Source: Verrucomicrobiaceae bacterium (GTDB lineage: Bacteria; Verrucomicrobiota; Verrucomicrobiia; Verrucomicrobiales; Verrucomicrobiaceae). From it: DNA of 64,000 nt. The DNA lies in NCBI GenBank assembly GCA_947440575.1, contig CANETF010000001.1, positions 10,400 through 74,399 on the forward strand, written 5' to 3'. Of this stretch, positions 51,590 through 61,324 are shown piece by piece; the stretch's first letter is position 1; each line of letters opens with the position of its first letter. The notes below the pieces were generated by a model. It saw only the letters and a program-made list of their open reading frames with translations, had not been told where the DNA came from and did not search any database. The position numbers were made by a program, and so were the translations under genes.

Positions 51590-54500
51590 ATGAAAAAGAT
51601 TGCCCTCGTCCTTGGCTTTTGCCTGGCCGGTATATCGCCGGTCTCCGCCATCATCACTAACCGCTGGTCCTTCAACAACGCCTCAGGCTCGGCCACGCCC
51701 GGCCTCACCCTCACTGACTCCATCGGCAGCGCCACCGCCACGGTCGTGAGCACGGGCGCCTCGTTTAATGGCACCAATCTCACGCTGCCGGGCAGCTCGC
51801 CGAACAACAGCAACCAGCCGGCCAACACCATCCCCGCCTACATCGACCTGCCGAACGGGATTATCTCCAGCAAGACAAATCTCACCGTGGAGATTTGGGC
51901 GGCGGCGGTGTCGATGCAGAACAATCAGCGGCTGTTCGAGTTTGGGCGCGTCAACACGACTGGGGTGGAGGGCGGCGCAGCGGGCGAGATCACCAATAAC
52001 TCCACCACCAGTCCAGGGACGACCAGCGCCAGTGACGGCATCAATTTGAACATCAGTCGAGGAACCAGCGCGTCCGCGTTGAATGCACAGAGGCTGGAGG
52101 GCCGCCTCAATGGGGCCACCCCAACCCAGGGAGATACTTCTCTGCCGACTTCGGCCGGGACCGAACACCATTACGTGGTGACGTATGAAGCCGGAGTAGG
52201 AGCCTTCGCGGCGACGGGCGGACGTCTCACGTGGTATCGCGATACGGTTTTCGTCCGCTCGATTGATCTGAATTACCGTCTTTCCGCGCTTGAGGACGTG
52301 AACAATTGGCTCGGGCGATCACAGGGATCGAACGATTGGACCGCAAACATTCGCTACAACGAAGTTCGCCTCTACGATCAGGCGCTGACGCAGCTGGAAA
52401 TCAACACAAGTTTCGCCCGTGGAGCGAATCCAGCCCTGCCGGAGGCTCAGCCGGATACCATCATCCTGAATCCTGGAGCCAAAGCCGCGATTCCAGTGCT
52501 GGCGAATGATACGGGAGGCCTGTTTGTCACGATTGTTCAAGGACCGCAGTTTGGAACCGCCGCAGTCGATGAACTCAATCGGATTCGCTACGTCCATACC
52601 ACAGGCAGTCCAGCTACGGACACGATCACGTATCGAGCCATCAATGCCGCCGGTCAGTCTGCGATCGCCACGGTGACGATCACCCTTTCTCCGAATCTCC
52701 GTTTGGCCGCTCCGACGATCAATGTGCCTTCCTCGCCGCCACCGACCAGCTACCAACTCGTCGATGCCTTTCCGATCACGTTTACCGATCCCACCACACT
52801 GGCGACTCCTCCCGGCGAAACGTCCCGGCTCTTCGTTTGTCAAAAAGGGGGGCCCCTGCGGGTCATTCCCAACACAAACGCTGCTACACCAACCGCTTCG
52901 ACTTTTCTCGATGTTCCAACGCTGCTGACATCACGCGGGGAATCCCTCGACACCAGCAGCGAGAACGGCTTGCTCGGACTGGCTTTTCATCCGAATTACG
53001 CCAGCAATCGGCATTTCTATATCTTCTACACGCCGACCCGAAGCGGTGTCATTTACAATCGCATTTCGCGCTTCACCACTCAAGCAGGAAACCCTAACGC
53101 CGCCGATCCGGCCTCTGAGCTTGTCTTGATTGAGCAACTCGACGAGGTGAACAATCACAACGGAGGCGATCTCCATTTCGGGCCGGACGGATATCTCTAC
53201 ATTTCCACAGGAGATGAAGGAGATCAGAGCGACGCGAGAAACAACAGCCAACGCATCACCAAGGATCTCTTCTGCTCCATCTTGCGGATTGATGTCGATA
53301 AGCGTCCCGGCAACTTGGAGCCAAACGCCAATCCGAACCCGGTCGATTATCCATCCAGCCCTCCGCCGGATGCAGTGCTCCGTGACAGTGGGATCGCCCG
53401 CTACAGCATTCCCATCGACAATCCCTACGTTCACGCCAGCCTTGGCGGGAATTGGAACGGGACGTTCAACGGGGCGGCCATTCCATCAGGTGAGCTGCCC
53501 TTTGTGCGTTCCGAGATCTGGGCCTCGGGGTTGCGCAATCCTTGGCGCATGTCGTTTGATAACGTCAGTGGAGATCTCTGGGTAGGCGACGTGGGAGGAG
53601 GGCAGCGTGAGGAGATCAACATCATCACGCGAGGCGGGAACTACGGCTGGGCGCTCAGGGAAGGCTTCGTGAACGGTCCGAAGTCGGCACAGGCTCCGGC
53701 GAATTTTGATACGCTGTATGGCACGCGGCCGATACACGATTACACGCGAGGGAGCGGTCCCACCCAGGGAAACTCCATCACTGGCGGGATCGTTTATCGT
53801 GGGTCCCGGTTTCCCGGGCTGGTTGGTTCCTATGTTTACGCGGACTATGTGTCGGGGAACATCTGGAGTATCCGGCGCAGCGGCGCGAATGGGGCGACCA
53901 CGCCAGTCCGGCTAACGGGAGAAGGAGGGGTTGTCGCCTTCGGGCGTGATCCGTCTAATGGCGATGTCTTGTTGGCGAACTTGAACTCGGACCGCATCCG
54001 CCGTTTGATCGGAGGCGTTCCGGCTTCGGGCTATCCCGCGACGCTGAGCGAGACGGGAGTTTTCGCGGATTTGGCGGATCTTTCTCCCAATCCTGGTGTC
54101 GTCTCCTATTCAGTGAATCTCCCGTTTTGGAGCGATTTCGCGGAGAAACGGCGCTGGTTCACCGTCCCGGCCCTCTCGGGCACGATGACCTGGAGGCGCG
54201 ATAGTGAGTGGAGCTTTCCAGCCGGGCAGGTTTGGATCAAGCACTTCGACATGGACCTCACGCGCGGGAATCCCGCCACCCGTCGACGGCTGGAGACCCG
54301 CCTCCTCGTTCGCAATGCCGGTGGAGCTTACGGCGTCAGCTACCGCTGGAACGACGCTGGCACAGAAGCCACGCTCGTCCCCGAGGAAGGCGTGGAGTTT
54401 GACCTGAATGTGGTCGAAAACGGCACCCCGCGCGTGCAGCGCTGGAGCATCCCGAGCCGGGCCAGTTGCCTCACCTGCCACACCCCGCAGGGTGGTCACG

Positions 54501-55351
54501 CGCTCTCCTCGAACACCCGCCAGTTTAACCTCACGGGCACGATGAACGGCTTCGCCGGAAATCAACTCACGCTCCTGCAAAACGCTGGCTACTTCGCCAA
54601 CGCCGTCGAATCGCCCAACCTGCTCCCGCGCCATCTCCGACCGACGGAGACTGCCTTTCCCGTCGAAGCCCGCGTGCGCAGTTATCTCGCCGTCAATTGC
54701 GCCTACTGTCACAAGGCCGGCGGCACAGGTGGCACCTCCCCTTGGGATGGCCGGCCCGAGCTGACCCTTGACCAGACCTTTCTCATCAACACCCCAGCCG
54801 CCAACAATGGCGGTAATCCCGCCAATCGCCTGATCGTGCCCGGCAGCACCCTGCACAGCATCATCTACAATCGCACCGGAGCGTTCAACGGCTTCACCCG
54901 CATGCCACCGCTCGCCACCGCCGAGTTGGACCAGCCTGCGCTGACCTTGCTCGAGTCCTGGATCAACGCAGCCTTGCCCTCGCGGCAAAGCTACGCCGAC
55001 TGGCGGCTCGCCAACTTCGGCAACACCACCAGCCTCGAAGGAGCGCCTGAAGAGGATGCCGATGCGGATGGCGCTATCAACCAGTCGGAATACCTCGCCG
55101 GCACCGATCCCCGAAAGGGAACCACCTTCCTTAATCCTCAGCTGACCCATAACGGCACGCAGGCCAGCCTTACCTTCACCCTGCCCCCCAACCGCAGCGC
55201 TGTCATTGAAACCTCACCCGACCTGATGACATGGACTCCCTGGGATATCCCCGGCAACCATGGCCTGCCCACCCAGGGCGGTGCCATCACACTCTCCGGC
55301 CCTGTCTCCGGTCCCCAGCAGTTTTTCCGAGTGCGCATCAGCGCCTGGTGA
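51590..55351 (+). CDS. 1253-aa secreted multi-domain protein: LamG-like / Ig-like / PQQ-type sugar dehydrogenase (GSDH) beta-propeller / di-CxxCH domain / C-terminal TSP3-like tail
   Basis: Signal peptide. LamG-like N-terminus (NLTVEIWAA...NNQRLFEFG...YNEVRLYD). GSDH motifs (NGLLGLAFHPNY, NHNGGDLHFGPDGYLYISTGDEG, GLRNPWRMSFD, GGNYGWALREG). CLTCH (54467-54481) and CAYCH (54698-54712). EEDADADGAINQSEYLAGTDP, then an FFRVRISAW end. Confidence 0.8.
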   Translation: MKKIALVLGFCLAGISPVSAIITNRWSFNNASGSATPGLTLTDSIGSATATVVSTGASFNGTNLTLPGSSPNNSNQPANTIPAYIDLPNGIISSKTNLTVEIWAAAVSMQNNQRLFEFGRVNTTGVEGGAAGEITNNSTTSPGTTSASDGINLNISRGTSASALNAQRLEGRLNGATPTQGDTSLPTSAGTEHHYVVTYEAGVGAFAATGGRLTWYRDTVFVRSIDLNYRLSALEDVNNWLGRSQGSNDWTANIRYNEVRLYDQALTQLEINTSFARGANPALPEAQPDTIILNPGAKAAIPVLANDTGGLFVTIVQGPQFGTAAVDELNRIRYVHTTGSPATDTITYRAINAAGQSAIATVTITLSPNLRLAAPTINVPSSPPPTSYQLVDAFPITFTDPTTLATPPGETSRLFVCQKGGPLRVIPNTNAATPTASTFLDVPTLLTSRGESLDTSSENGLLGLAFHPNYASNRHFYIFYTPTRSGVIYNRISRFTTQAGNPNAADPASELVLIEQLDEVNNHNGGDLHFGPDGYLYISTGDEGDQSDARNNSQRITKDLFCSILRIDVDKRPGNLEPNANPNPVDYPSSPPPDAVLRDSGIARYSIPIDNPYVHASLGGNWNGTFNGAAIPSGELPFVRSEIWASGLRNPWRMSFDNVSGDLWVGDVGGGQREEINIITRGGNYGWALREGFVNGPKSAQAPANFDTLYGTRPIHDYTRGSGPTQGNSITGGIVYRGSRFPGLVGSYVYADYVSGNIWSIRRSGANGATTPVRLTGEGGVVAFGRDPSNGDVLLANLNSDRIRRLIGGVPASGYPATLSETGVFADLADLSPNPGVVSYSVNLPFWSDFAEKRRWFTVPALSGTMTWRRDSEWSFPAGQVWIKHFDMDLTRGNPATRRRLETRLLVRNAGGAYGVSYRWNDAGTEATLVPEEGVEFDLNVVENGTPRVQRWSIPSRASCLTCHTPQGGHALSSNTRQFNLTGTMNGFAGNQLTLLQNAGYFANAVESPNLLPRHLRPTETAFPVEARVRSYLAVNCAYCHKAGGTGGTSPWDGRPELTLDQTFLINTPAANNGGNPANRLIVPGSTLHSIIYNRTGAFNGFTRMPPLATAELDQPALTLLESWINAALPSRQSYADWRLANFGNTTSLEGAPEEDADADGAINQSEYLAGTDPRKGTTFLNPQLTHNGTQASLTFTLPPNRSAVIETSPDLMTWTPWDIPGNHGLPTQGGAITLSGPVSGPQQFFRVRISAW

Positions 55352-55354
55352 GGC

Positions 55355-55633
55355 TTAGCCTGATGGAGCTGCTTTTCCGGCAAAGGCACTCCACAGCGTG
55401 GGCAAGCGCACCACCGCCATCATCACGTTGAGCGGTAAGATGTTCATCGTGCGATCAATGTGGGCGACCTCATGACAGCGGTGGGCTTGACCTTCATCGG
55501 CGACGACAGGACCGGCGTGCGTCTTGGCGACATGAATCCCCGCGTCCATTTCGGCCAGATGAACAAGGTTCACTTTGTTGTGGAGGTGTGCCCCATGTGA
55601 AGCCCGGTGCCCCTTCCAGCAGCCTGCTGCCAC
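55355..55633 (-). CDS. doubtful small ORF (92 codons from GTG, 64 from internal ATG) containing an HEVAH string
   Basis: Third positions are moderately GC-biased. No family recognised. It lies in a 465-bp stretch otherwise lacking a convincing gene. Confidence 0.2.
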   Translation of the reverse strand: MAAGCWKGHRASHGAHLHNKVNLVHLAEMDAGIHVAKTHAGPVVADEGQAHRCHEVAHIDRTMNILPLNVMMAVVRLPTLWSAFAGKAAPSG

Positions 55634-55817
55634 TCATTAACAACACTGACGATTCGCTGAAGGACTTCGAACACAGCTCGCACACGCGAAAAGCGTGGCA
55701 TCAAGTTTAACATCCCGGTCAAGCGAAGCTGGATGACCCTTTTCGCTTTTCTGGGAGCGACATGGTGCGGATTGGATTGATTCTGGATCTTGGAGCCGCT
55801 AGTCTTACCACCATTCC

Positions 55818-56324
55818 ATGCGAATTTTTGCACATGTCATCTCTGGTTTCTTGGCGGGGTTTTTGCTGATCAGTTGCGGCAGTTCCTCGCTGCCTACGGC
55901 TGAATCGTTGAGTGCCAGTGCGCGGGTGTTGCGGGAGCAGGCGAGGCCGGAGTTTGACGAGTTGGAGAGGCGACGTGCCATGGGTTTGCTGAGCGAAGCC
56001 GACTATCAGGCGGATCGAGCGGCTTTGGAGAAGCGAATTTCGGATGATGCGCGGGATGCGGCGTGGTCGCACCATTTTTTGGTTGAAAGCGAACGCCGAG
56101 CGAACGGGGTACCGACGCCGGATGCGCCCCAGGCTATCATGGCGCCGAATGCGCTTCAAGGTGGAGTGGGTGGGGGAGGCGTGGCAGGAGGGGGGAGTCT
56201 TTACCGGCCATTCACGCAACAGGCGCAGGGAGCCTTCAACAATGGGAACGCGGGTGGAGTGATACCGAGCATGGGTAATATGAACAATGCCGCGACGAGT
56301 TTTGTACCGATGGCACCCCAGTGA
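55818..56324 (+). CDS. hypothetical lipoprotein with Gly/Asn-rich C-terminal region
   Basis: Lipobox-like FLLISCG after a hydrophobic leader, a helical acidic/basic middle, and a low-complexity GGVGGGGVAGGG tail. Confidence 0.6.
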   Translation: MRIFAHVISGFLAGFLLISCGSSSLPTAESLSASARVLREQARPEFDELERRRAMGLLSEADYQADRAALEKRISDDARDAAWSHHFLVESERRANGVPTPDAPQAIMAPNALQGGVGGGGVAGGGSLYRPFTQQAQGAFNNGNAGGVIPSMGNMNNAATSFVPMAPQ

Positions 56325-56386
56325 AGCAACACATTCGATGAATCCTTGCAAGTCGGCGGGGCTGCTGCCAGATTGGGGGCTCGATT

Positions 56387-58117
56387 ATGGCCAAAAAATC
56401 TGCTTCCAAATCTACCCCCACCGTTTCTTCTCTTCATCGCAAGCATTCGGCCATCGTGGTCGATGGACCAGAGCGGGCTGCCAGCCGGGCGATGCTGCAC
56501 GCAGTGGGTTTTAAGCGGGCGGATTTTCAGAAGTCGCAGATTGGGATCGCCAGCACGTGGAGCATGGTGACGCCATGCAACATGCACATTGATCGGCTGG
56601 CGGAGGAAGCGGCGAAGGGTGTGGATGCGGCAGGCGGTAAGAGTCTGATCTTCAATACGATCACGATCTCCGACGGAATCTCGATGGGAACGGAGGGGAT
56701 GAAGTATTCGCTGGTGTCGCGCGAGGTGATTGCAGACTCGATCGAGACAGTGGTGGGATGCGAGGGGATGGATGGGTTTGTGGCGATTGGCGGATGCGAC
56801 AAAAACATGCCGGGCTGCATGATGGCGATGGCGCGTTTGAATCGTCCCAGTGTTTTTGTTTACGGGGGCACGATTCTGCCGGGTTGTGTCGGTCCTGAGA
56901 AGAAGGACGCGGATATTGTGACGGTGTTTGAAGCGGTCGGCAAGCATGCGAATTGTTTGATCAGTGACAAGGAGCTGGCGGACATCGAAGAGCACAGCAT
57001 TCCCGGGGAAGGTTCCTGCGGGGGCATGTACACGGCCAACACGATGGCGAGTGCGATTGAAGCGATGGGCATGTCTTTGCCGAACTCGGGCGCGCAGTCG
57101 GCGGTGTCGGATGAGAAATTGATCGACTGCTTTGATGCGGGTGCGGCGGTGATGAACATGATCAAACTGGGCATCACGCCCCGTGACATCATGACGAAGG
57201 AAGCCTTTGAGAATGCGATCACCTTGATCATCACGCTGGGTGGCAGCACGAATGCGGTGTTGCATCTCATTGCCATGGCGCACACGGCGGGGGTGAAGCT
57301 GACGATCGAAGACTTTGTCCGCATCGGCAAGAAGACGCCGGTTTTGGGTGATTTGAAGCCGAGCGGAAAGTACTTCATGAACGACCTAGTAAAGATCGGA
57401 GGGACGGTGCCCTTGATGCGGATGCTGGTGGAGGAAGGCTTGATGCATGGCGACTGCCTGACGGTGACGGGGCGGACGATGAAGGAGAATTTGAGGAAGT
57501 CGAAGATCGTCTATCCGAAGGGTCAGCAGATCATCCGTTCGCTGAAGGATCCGATCAAGAAGGACAGCCATTTGGTGATCTTCAAAGGCAACCTTTGCCC
57601 GCAGGGAGCGGTGGGCAAGATTTCCGGCAAGGAGGGTCTGACGTTTACGGGCAAGGCGATTGTGTTTGATTCTGAAGAGAAGGCGTTGGAAGCGATCTTG
57701 AATGACAAGGTGAAGAAGGGGCATGTGATCGTGGTGCGAATGGAAGGGCCGAAGGGCGGGCCCGGGATGCGCGAGATGCTGAGTCCGACGAGCGCGATCA
57801 TGGGTAAGGGCCTGGGCAAGGATGTGGCGCTGATCACGGACGGTCGTTTCTCCGGAGGCAGTCATGGATTTGTGGTGGGCCATGTGACGCCGGAGGCGTT
57901 TGTGGGCGGTCCGATCGCGGTTATCAAGAATGGCGATAAGATCACCATTGATGCCGAGAAGCGGGCGATCACGCTGGGGATTCCTGCGAAGGAACTGGCA
58001 GCGCGTTTGAAGGCCTGGAAGCAGCCGAAGCCTCGTTACACACGCGGGGTGCTGGCGAAGTTCGCGGCTCTGACCACGAGTGCGAGCGAGGGGGCGGTGA
58101 CGGACAAGGGGCTGTAA
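56387..58117 (+). CDS. ilvD: dihydroxy-acid dehydratase
   Basis: [52 protein letters not shown] and [21 protein letters not shown]. Confidence 0.95.
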   Translation: MAKKSASKSTPTVSSLHRKHSAIVVDGPERAASRAMLHAVGFKRADFQKSQIGIASTWSMVTPCNMHIDRLAEEAAKGVDAAGGKSLIFNTITISDGISMGTEGMKYSLVSREVIADSIETVVGCEGMDGFVAIGGCDKNMPGCMMAMARLNRPSVFVYGGTILPGCVGPEKKDADIVTVFEAVGKHANCLISDKELADIEEHSIPGEGSCGGMYTANTMASAIEAMGMSLPNSGAQSAVSDEKLIDCFDAGAAVMNMIKLGITPRDIMTKEAFENAITLIITLGGSTNAVLHLIAMAHTAGVKLTIEDFVRIGKKTPVLGDLKPSGKYFMNDLVKIGGTVPLMRMLVEEGLMHGDCLTVTGRTMKENLRKSKIVYPKGQQIIRSLKDPIKKDSHLVIFKGNLCPQGAVGKISGKEGLTFTGKAIVFDSEEKALEAILNDKVKKGHVIVVRMEGPKGGPGMREMLSPTSAIMGKGLGKDVALITDGRFSGGSHGFVVGHVTPEAFVGGPIAVIKNGDKITIDAEKRAITLGIPAKELAARLKAWKQPKPRYTRGVLAKFAALTTSASEGAVTDKGL

Positions 58118-58127
58118 GGTCGCAACT

Positions 58128-59405
58128 TCAGCGCTGCCAGGAGGCTCCGAAGGCATCCAGGGAGGGTGCTTGGCGGGACTTGATGGTGAGGTCGTTGTTG
58201 TGCTTCAGTCCACTTTGGGTTGGCAAGCCGAGGGGTTCTGCATGGGCATCGTTGTCAATCCAGGTGAAGGTTTCAGGTGCAAGCGTGGTCTCGATGGCGG
58301 CCTGGCCCGGGCGGGCGACGATGCGGTTGCGTTCGAGGCGGGTGCCTATAGGGGGAAGGGTGGCTTTTTTGTTGTCGTTGTAGCCGAGCAGCATGCTGTG
58401 CTTGCAGTTGAGGATAGTGTTGCCGCGAATGAGGGCGTTCTTCACTTGGAAGTAGCCATTGAGGACGCTGTCGGGAATGCCGTTGATTAGGGTGATGGCG
58501 GTGCGAAAGCCGTCGCCTTCCAGGTCTTGGAGGTGATTGTCGAGGATTTGATGGTCTTCGCCAATGACGCGGATGCCGCCGGTGCGGGTTTTGTGGTTGC
58601 CGAGGAAGAGGTTCTTTTCGACGATGCAGCGGTTGCCGTGGCGCAGAGTGAGGGTGCCTTCGACTTCAATGAAGGTGTTGGCGCGGTAGGTGTTGCTGCA
58701 GGATTTGTTGGAGACGCACTCGGTCTCGCCGTTGCAGGCGCGGAAGAGGTTTTCTTCAACGAGGCAGCGGGCGTCCATCATGGAGCTGTTACTGTCTCCA
58801 ATGCGCAGGGTTTCGCCGCCGTTTTTGCCCAATTCGGGGCGAGGACCGAAGTAGTTGTGGTGAAGATGATGGTTTCCTGGGTCGTCTTCTCCCAACCAAA
58901 CGACGACCGTGGTGCCTTTGGTTTTTTTGCCTTCGATGCGGCAGTGGTCAAGTTGGTTGGAGGTACCGTAAAGGCCGATCCAACGGTTCTCTTTCTCGGT
59001 GGCCTTGAAGTCGGGAGCTTCCGTCAGTGTGCAGTCGGTGACGCGGCAGTGATTGGCGCGGCGCTTGGAGTCGATGCGATATTCAAGCCAGTCGGCTTTT
59101 GATCCGGTCAGGTTTTTGAGATGAAGACCGCTAACGATGAGGTGGCTGCCGCCGAGGCGGAGGCGAGAGGCACCTGTGAAGACGGTTTTGCCTGGGACTT
59201 CGGCCCGAATGGTAATGGGAGCGGACTCGGTGCCGTCGCCATCGAGCCGAAGGTCGGCGTCTTTCCAGTCCCCAGCGGTGAGGACGATGGTGTCACCCGG
59301 CTTGGCGTCCCTAACGGCTTTGCGCGCGGACTCGGGATCCGAGGCGGAGAAGGTGGCGGCGTGAAGGACGGGCGCGAGGAAGAGGGCGACAAGGGTGGCT
59401 TTCAT
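58128..59405 (-). CDS. polysaccharide lyase family 6 protein (alginate lyase / chondroitinase B fold)
   Basis: Signal peptide; PGDTIVLTAGDWKD, NRWIGLYG, GGETLRIGDS, CVSNKSCSNTYRANTF and TLRHGNRC are the PL6 beta-helix signature blocks as I recall them. ATG at 59405. Confidence 0.75.
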   Translation of the reverse strand: MKATLVALFLAPVLHAATFSASDPESARKAVRDAKPGDTIVLTAGDWKDADLRLDGDGTESAPITIRAEVPGKTVFTGASRLRLGGSHLIVSGLHLKNLTGSKADWLEYRIDSKRRANHCRVTDCTLTEAPDFKATEKENRWIGLYGTSNQLDHCRIEGKKTKGTTVVVWLGEDDPGNHHLHHNYFGPRPELGKNGGETLRIGDSNSSMMDARCLVEENLFRACNGETECVSNKSCSNTYRANTFIEVEGTLTLRHGNRCIVEKNLFLGNHKTRTGGIRVIGEDHQILDNHLQDLEGDGFRTAITLINGIPDSVLNGYFQVKNALIRGNTILNCKHSMLLGYNDNKKATLPPIGTRLERNRIVARPGQAAIETTLAPETFTWIDNDAHAEPLGLPTQSGLKHNNDLTIKSRQAPSLDAFGASWQR

Positions 59406-59470
59406 TTTCGACAGCAAATCCAAACCAACGCCGCTACTGAGAGCTTCGTGCGTCAAAGTGGGGGGTGTGA

Positions 59471-60349
59471 TCAAAAGTGCGGGGCGGAGACGGTGCCCTC
59501 TTCAAACTCAAGGCGGTGGCGGCGGACGATGCCGTCGGCGATCTCGGTGATCATTTCTTCGAGGAGAAGGCGGAGGTGGCTGCCAGGGCGATAGTCGGCG
59601 GGAGCGATGTGTTTGACACGGTCTGCGAGGGCGGAGAGCTGGTAGCACTTTTTGAAGGAGGCGCGGCTGGGCTCATTGGGATTGTAGACGGCGATGCCGT
59701 GGCCGCCGTATTTTTTCATGAGGGTGAAACAAGGGACGTCGGTGGGGCCATCACCGACATAAATCATGTTCTGGAAGGGGATGGGGCGGAGTTCCGGGGC
59801 CATGTGATCGTTGACGTCTTCATTGGGCTCTAGCATGCCTTTGTTGATGCGGAAGAGGAACTGGGTCTTGGTGGTGTGGCTGATGACTCGTTTCGGGAAA
59901 CTGATGCGTCCGTCGCTATCTTCACCAAATTCGCAGCCGAAGATTTTTTTGACATGGGGGGCAAGCTCGGAGCCGTCGAGGAGGGCTTTCAGGCCTGAGG
60001 AGACGATGTAATGTTCGACCTTGATGCCGAGCATGCGGTGCTGATCGGTGAGGGAAGCACTGAGCTCGGCGAAGAGGGCGGGGAGGCCGGGGTAGAATTT
60101 GAGGTTGGCGCCGAGGGCGCTGAGTTCGGCGTTGGTGGGGCGGTCGAGGGCGAGGTAGTCGAGCAGGGCCTTCAGGTAGGCAAGTTCACCGTCGTAACCT
60201 TCGGTATCGACGAGTTCGCGGCTTTTTTTCCAGAACTGGGTGGGGTTGATGCCGAAGCGCGGGAAGAGGACCTCGTCCTGCATGTAGTTCGGGCTGAGCG
60301 TCTGATCGTAATCGTAAATCAGTCCAATAGTGGTTTGAGCGGTAGCCAT
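59471..60349 (-). CDS. HAD-superfamily hydrolase-like protein
   Basis: Motif I YDYDQTL (DxDxT), motif IV YVGDGPTDVPCF, and a large cap insertion. ATG at 60349 is preferred over the GTG at 60361. Confidence 0.6.
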   Translation of the reverse strand: MATAQTTIGLIYDYDQTLSPNYMQDEVLFPRFGINPTQFWKKSRELVDTEGYDGELAYLKALLDYLALDRPTNAELSALGANLKFYPGLPALFAELSASLTDQHRMLGIKVEHYIVSSGLKALLDGSELAPHVKKIFGCEFGEDSDGRISFPKRVISHTTKTQFLFRINKGMLEPNEDVNDHMAPELRPIPFQNMIYVGDGPTDVPCFTLMKKYGGHGIAVYNPNEPSRASFKKCYQLSALADRVKHIAPADYRPGSHLRLLLEEMITEIADGIVRRHRLEFEEGTVSAPHF

Positions 60350-60376
60350 GTCGGCTGCCACTATGCCGCAAAAAGC

Positions 60377-61273
60377 TCAAAGCGCCAGCAGATGAGCAAG
60401 AGCGGGGGTGAGGTCGGGGTATTGGAACACATACCCGCCTGCCTGTGCGGCGGCGGGAACGGCGCGCTGGCTGGTGAGCAGCATTTCCTGGGCGAGATCG
60501 CCGAGGAGGGTTTTCAAGACGAAGGCAGGGGCGTGGAAGAAGGCGGGGCGATGCACGGTGGCGGCGAGGGCGCGGGTGAAGTCGGCGTTGGTGACGGGGT
60601 TCGGGGCGCAGAGGTTGAGGGGGCCAGCGAGGGTGGCGTTTTCAGCGGCCCATAGGATGAGACCGATTTCATCGGCGATGTGGATCCAGGGCATCCATTG
60701 GTTGCCGCTGCCGAGATTGCCTCCGACGCCGAACTTGAAGGCGCGGCGCATGAGGGGGAGGGCTCCGCCTTCATTGCCGAGCACGAGGCCGGTGCGGAAG
60801 TGGACGACGCGGGCGCCGAGGCGGTCCTTTGCACGCTGGGCGGCGGTTTCCCAGGCGATGCAGACCTCCGCGAGAAAGCCGCTGCCGGCGGGGCTGGATT
60901 CGGTGAGGATTTCGTCGGTGCGGTCTCCGTAGTAGCCGACACCGGAGGCGACAAGGAGTGCGGCCGGGGGCTGGGTCCAGGAGGCGAGGTGGTCGACCAA
61001 TTTTTCGGTGAAGGCGCCGCGACTTTCGTCAATGAGGGCACGCTTTGCGTTGGTCCAGAGGCCGAAGACGGGTTCGCCAGAGAGATGGATGAGGACATCG
61101 AGCGGGCGATCCGGCTGCGGAAGAGCCCAGGGAGTCTGTGTGGGTTGGACGAGGCTGTGGGGTCCGGAACGGGGTCGGCGGGAGTAGGTGGTGATCTCGT
61201 GACCGCGCTGGGTGGCGAGCGTGCTGAGGTGGGTGCCGATGAAGCCGGTGGCTCCTGTGATGCCGATGCGCAT
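60377..61273 (-). CDS. TIGR01777-family (YfcH/SDR39U1-like) epimerase-fold protein
   Basis: MRIGITGATGFIGTHL Rossmann start and a DUF1731-like C-terminus (PAFVLKTLLGDLAQEMLLTSQRAVP..A...GY.FQYP). Confidence 0.8.
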   Translation of the reverse strand: MRIGITGATGFIGTHLSTLATQRGHEITTYSRRPRSGPHSLVQPTQTPWALPQPDRPLDVLIHLSGEPVFGLWTNAKRALIDESRGAFTEKLVDHLASWTQPPAALLVASGVGYYGDRTDEILTESSPAGSGFLAEVCIAWETAAQRAKDRLGARVVHFRTGLVLGNEGGALPLMRRAFKFGVGGNLGSGNQWMPWIHIADEIGLILWAAENATLAGPLNLCAPNPVTNADFTRALAATVHRPAFFHAPAFVLKTLLGDLAQEMLLTSQRAVPAAAQAGGYVFQYPDLTPALAHLLAL

Positions 61274-61324
61274 GAAAGGGATACGCTTTGGATCGGGTTC
61301 GCGCGTGAGAAACGAGGGGGCGCT

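Noticed and set aside
56201-58156. Two long minus-strand ORFs (360 and 256 codons) inside ilvD
   Set aside because: They are antisense to an unmistakable dihydroxy-acid dehydratase. The translations are Arg/His-rich low-complexity sequence. They are shadow ORFs.
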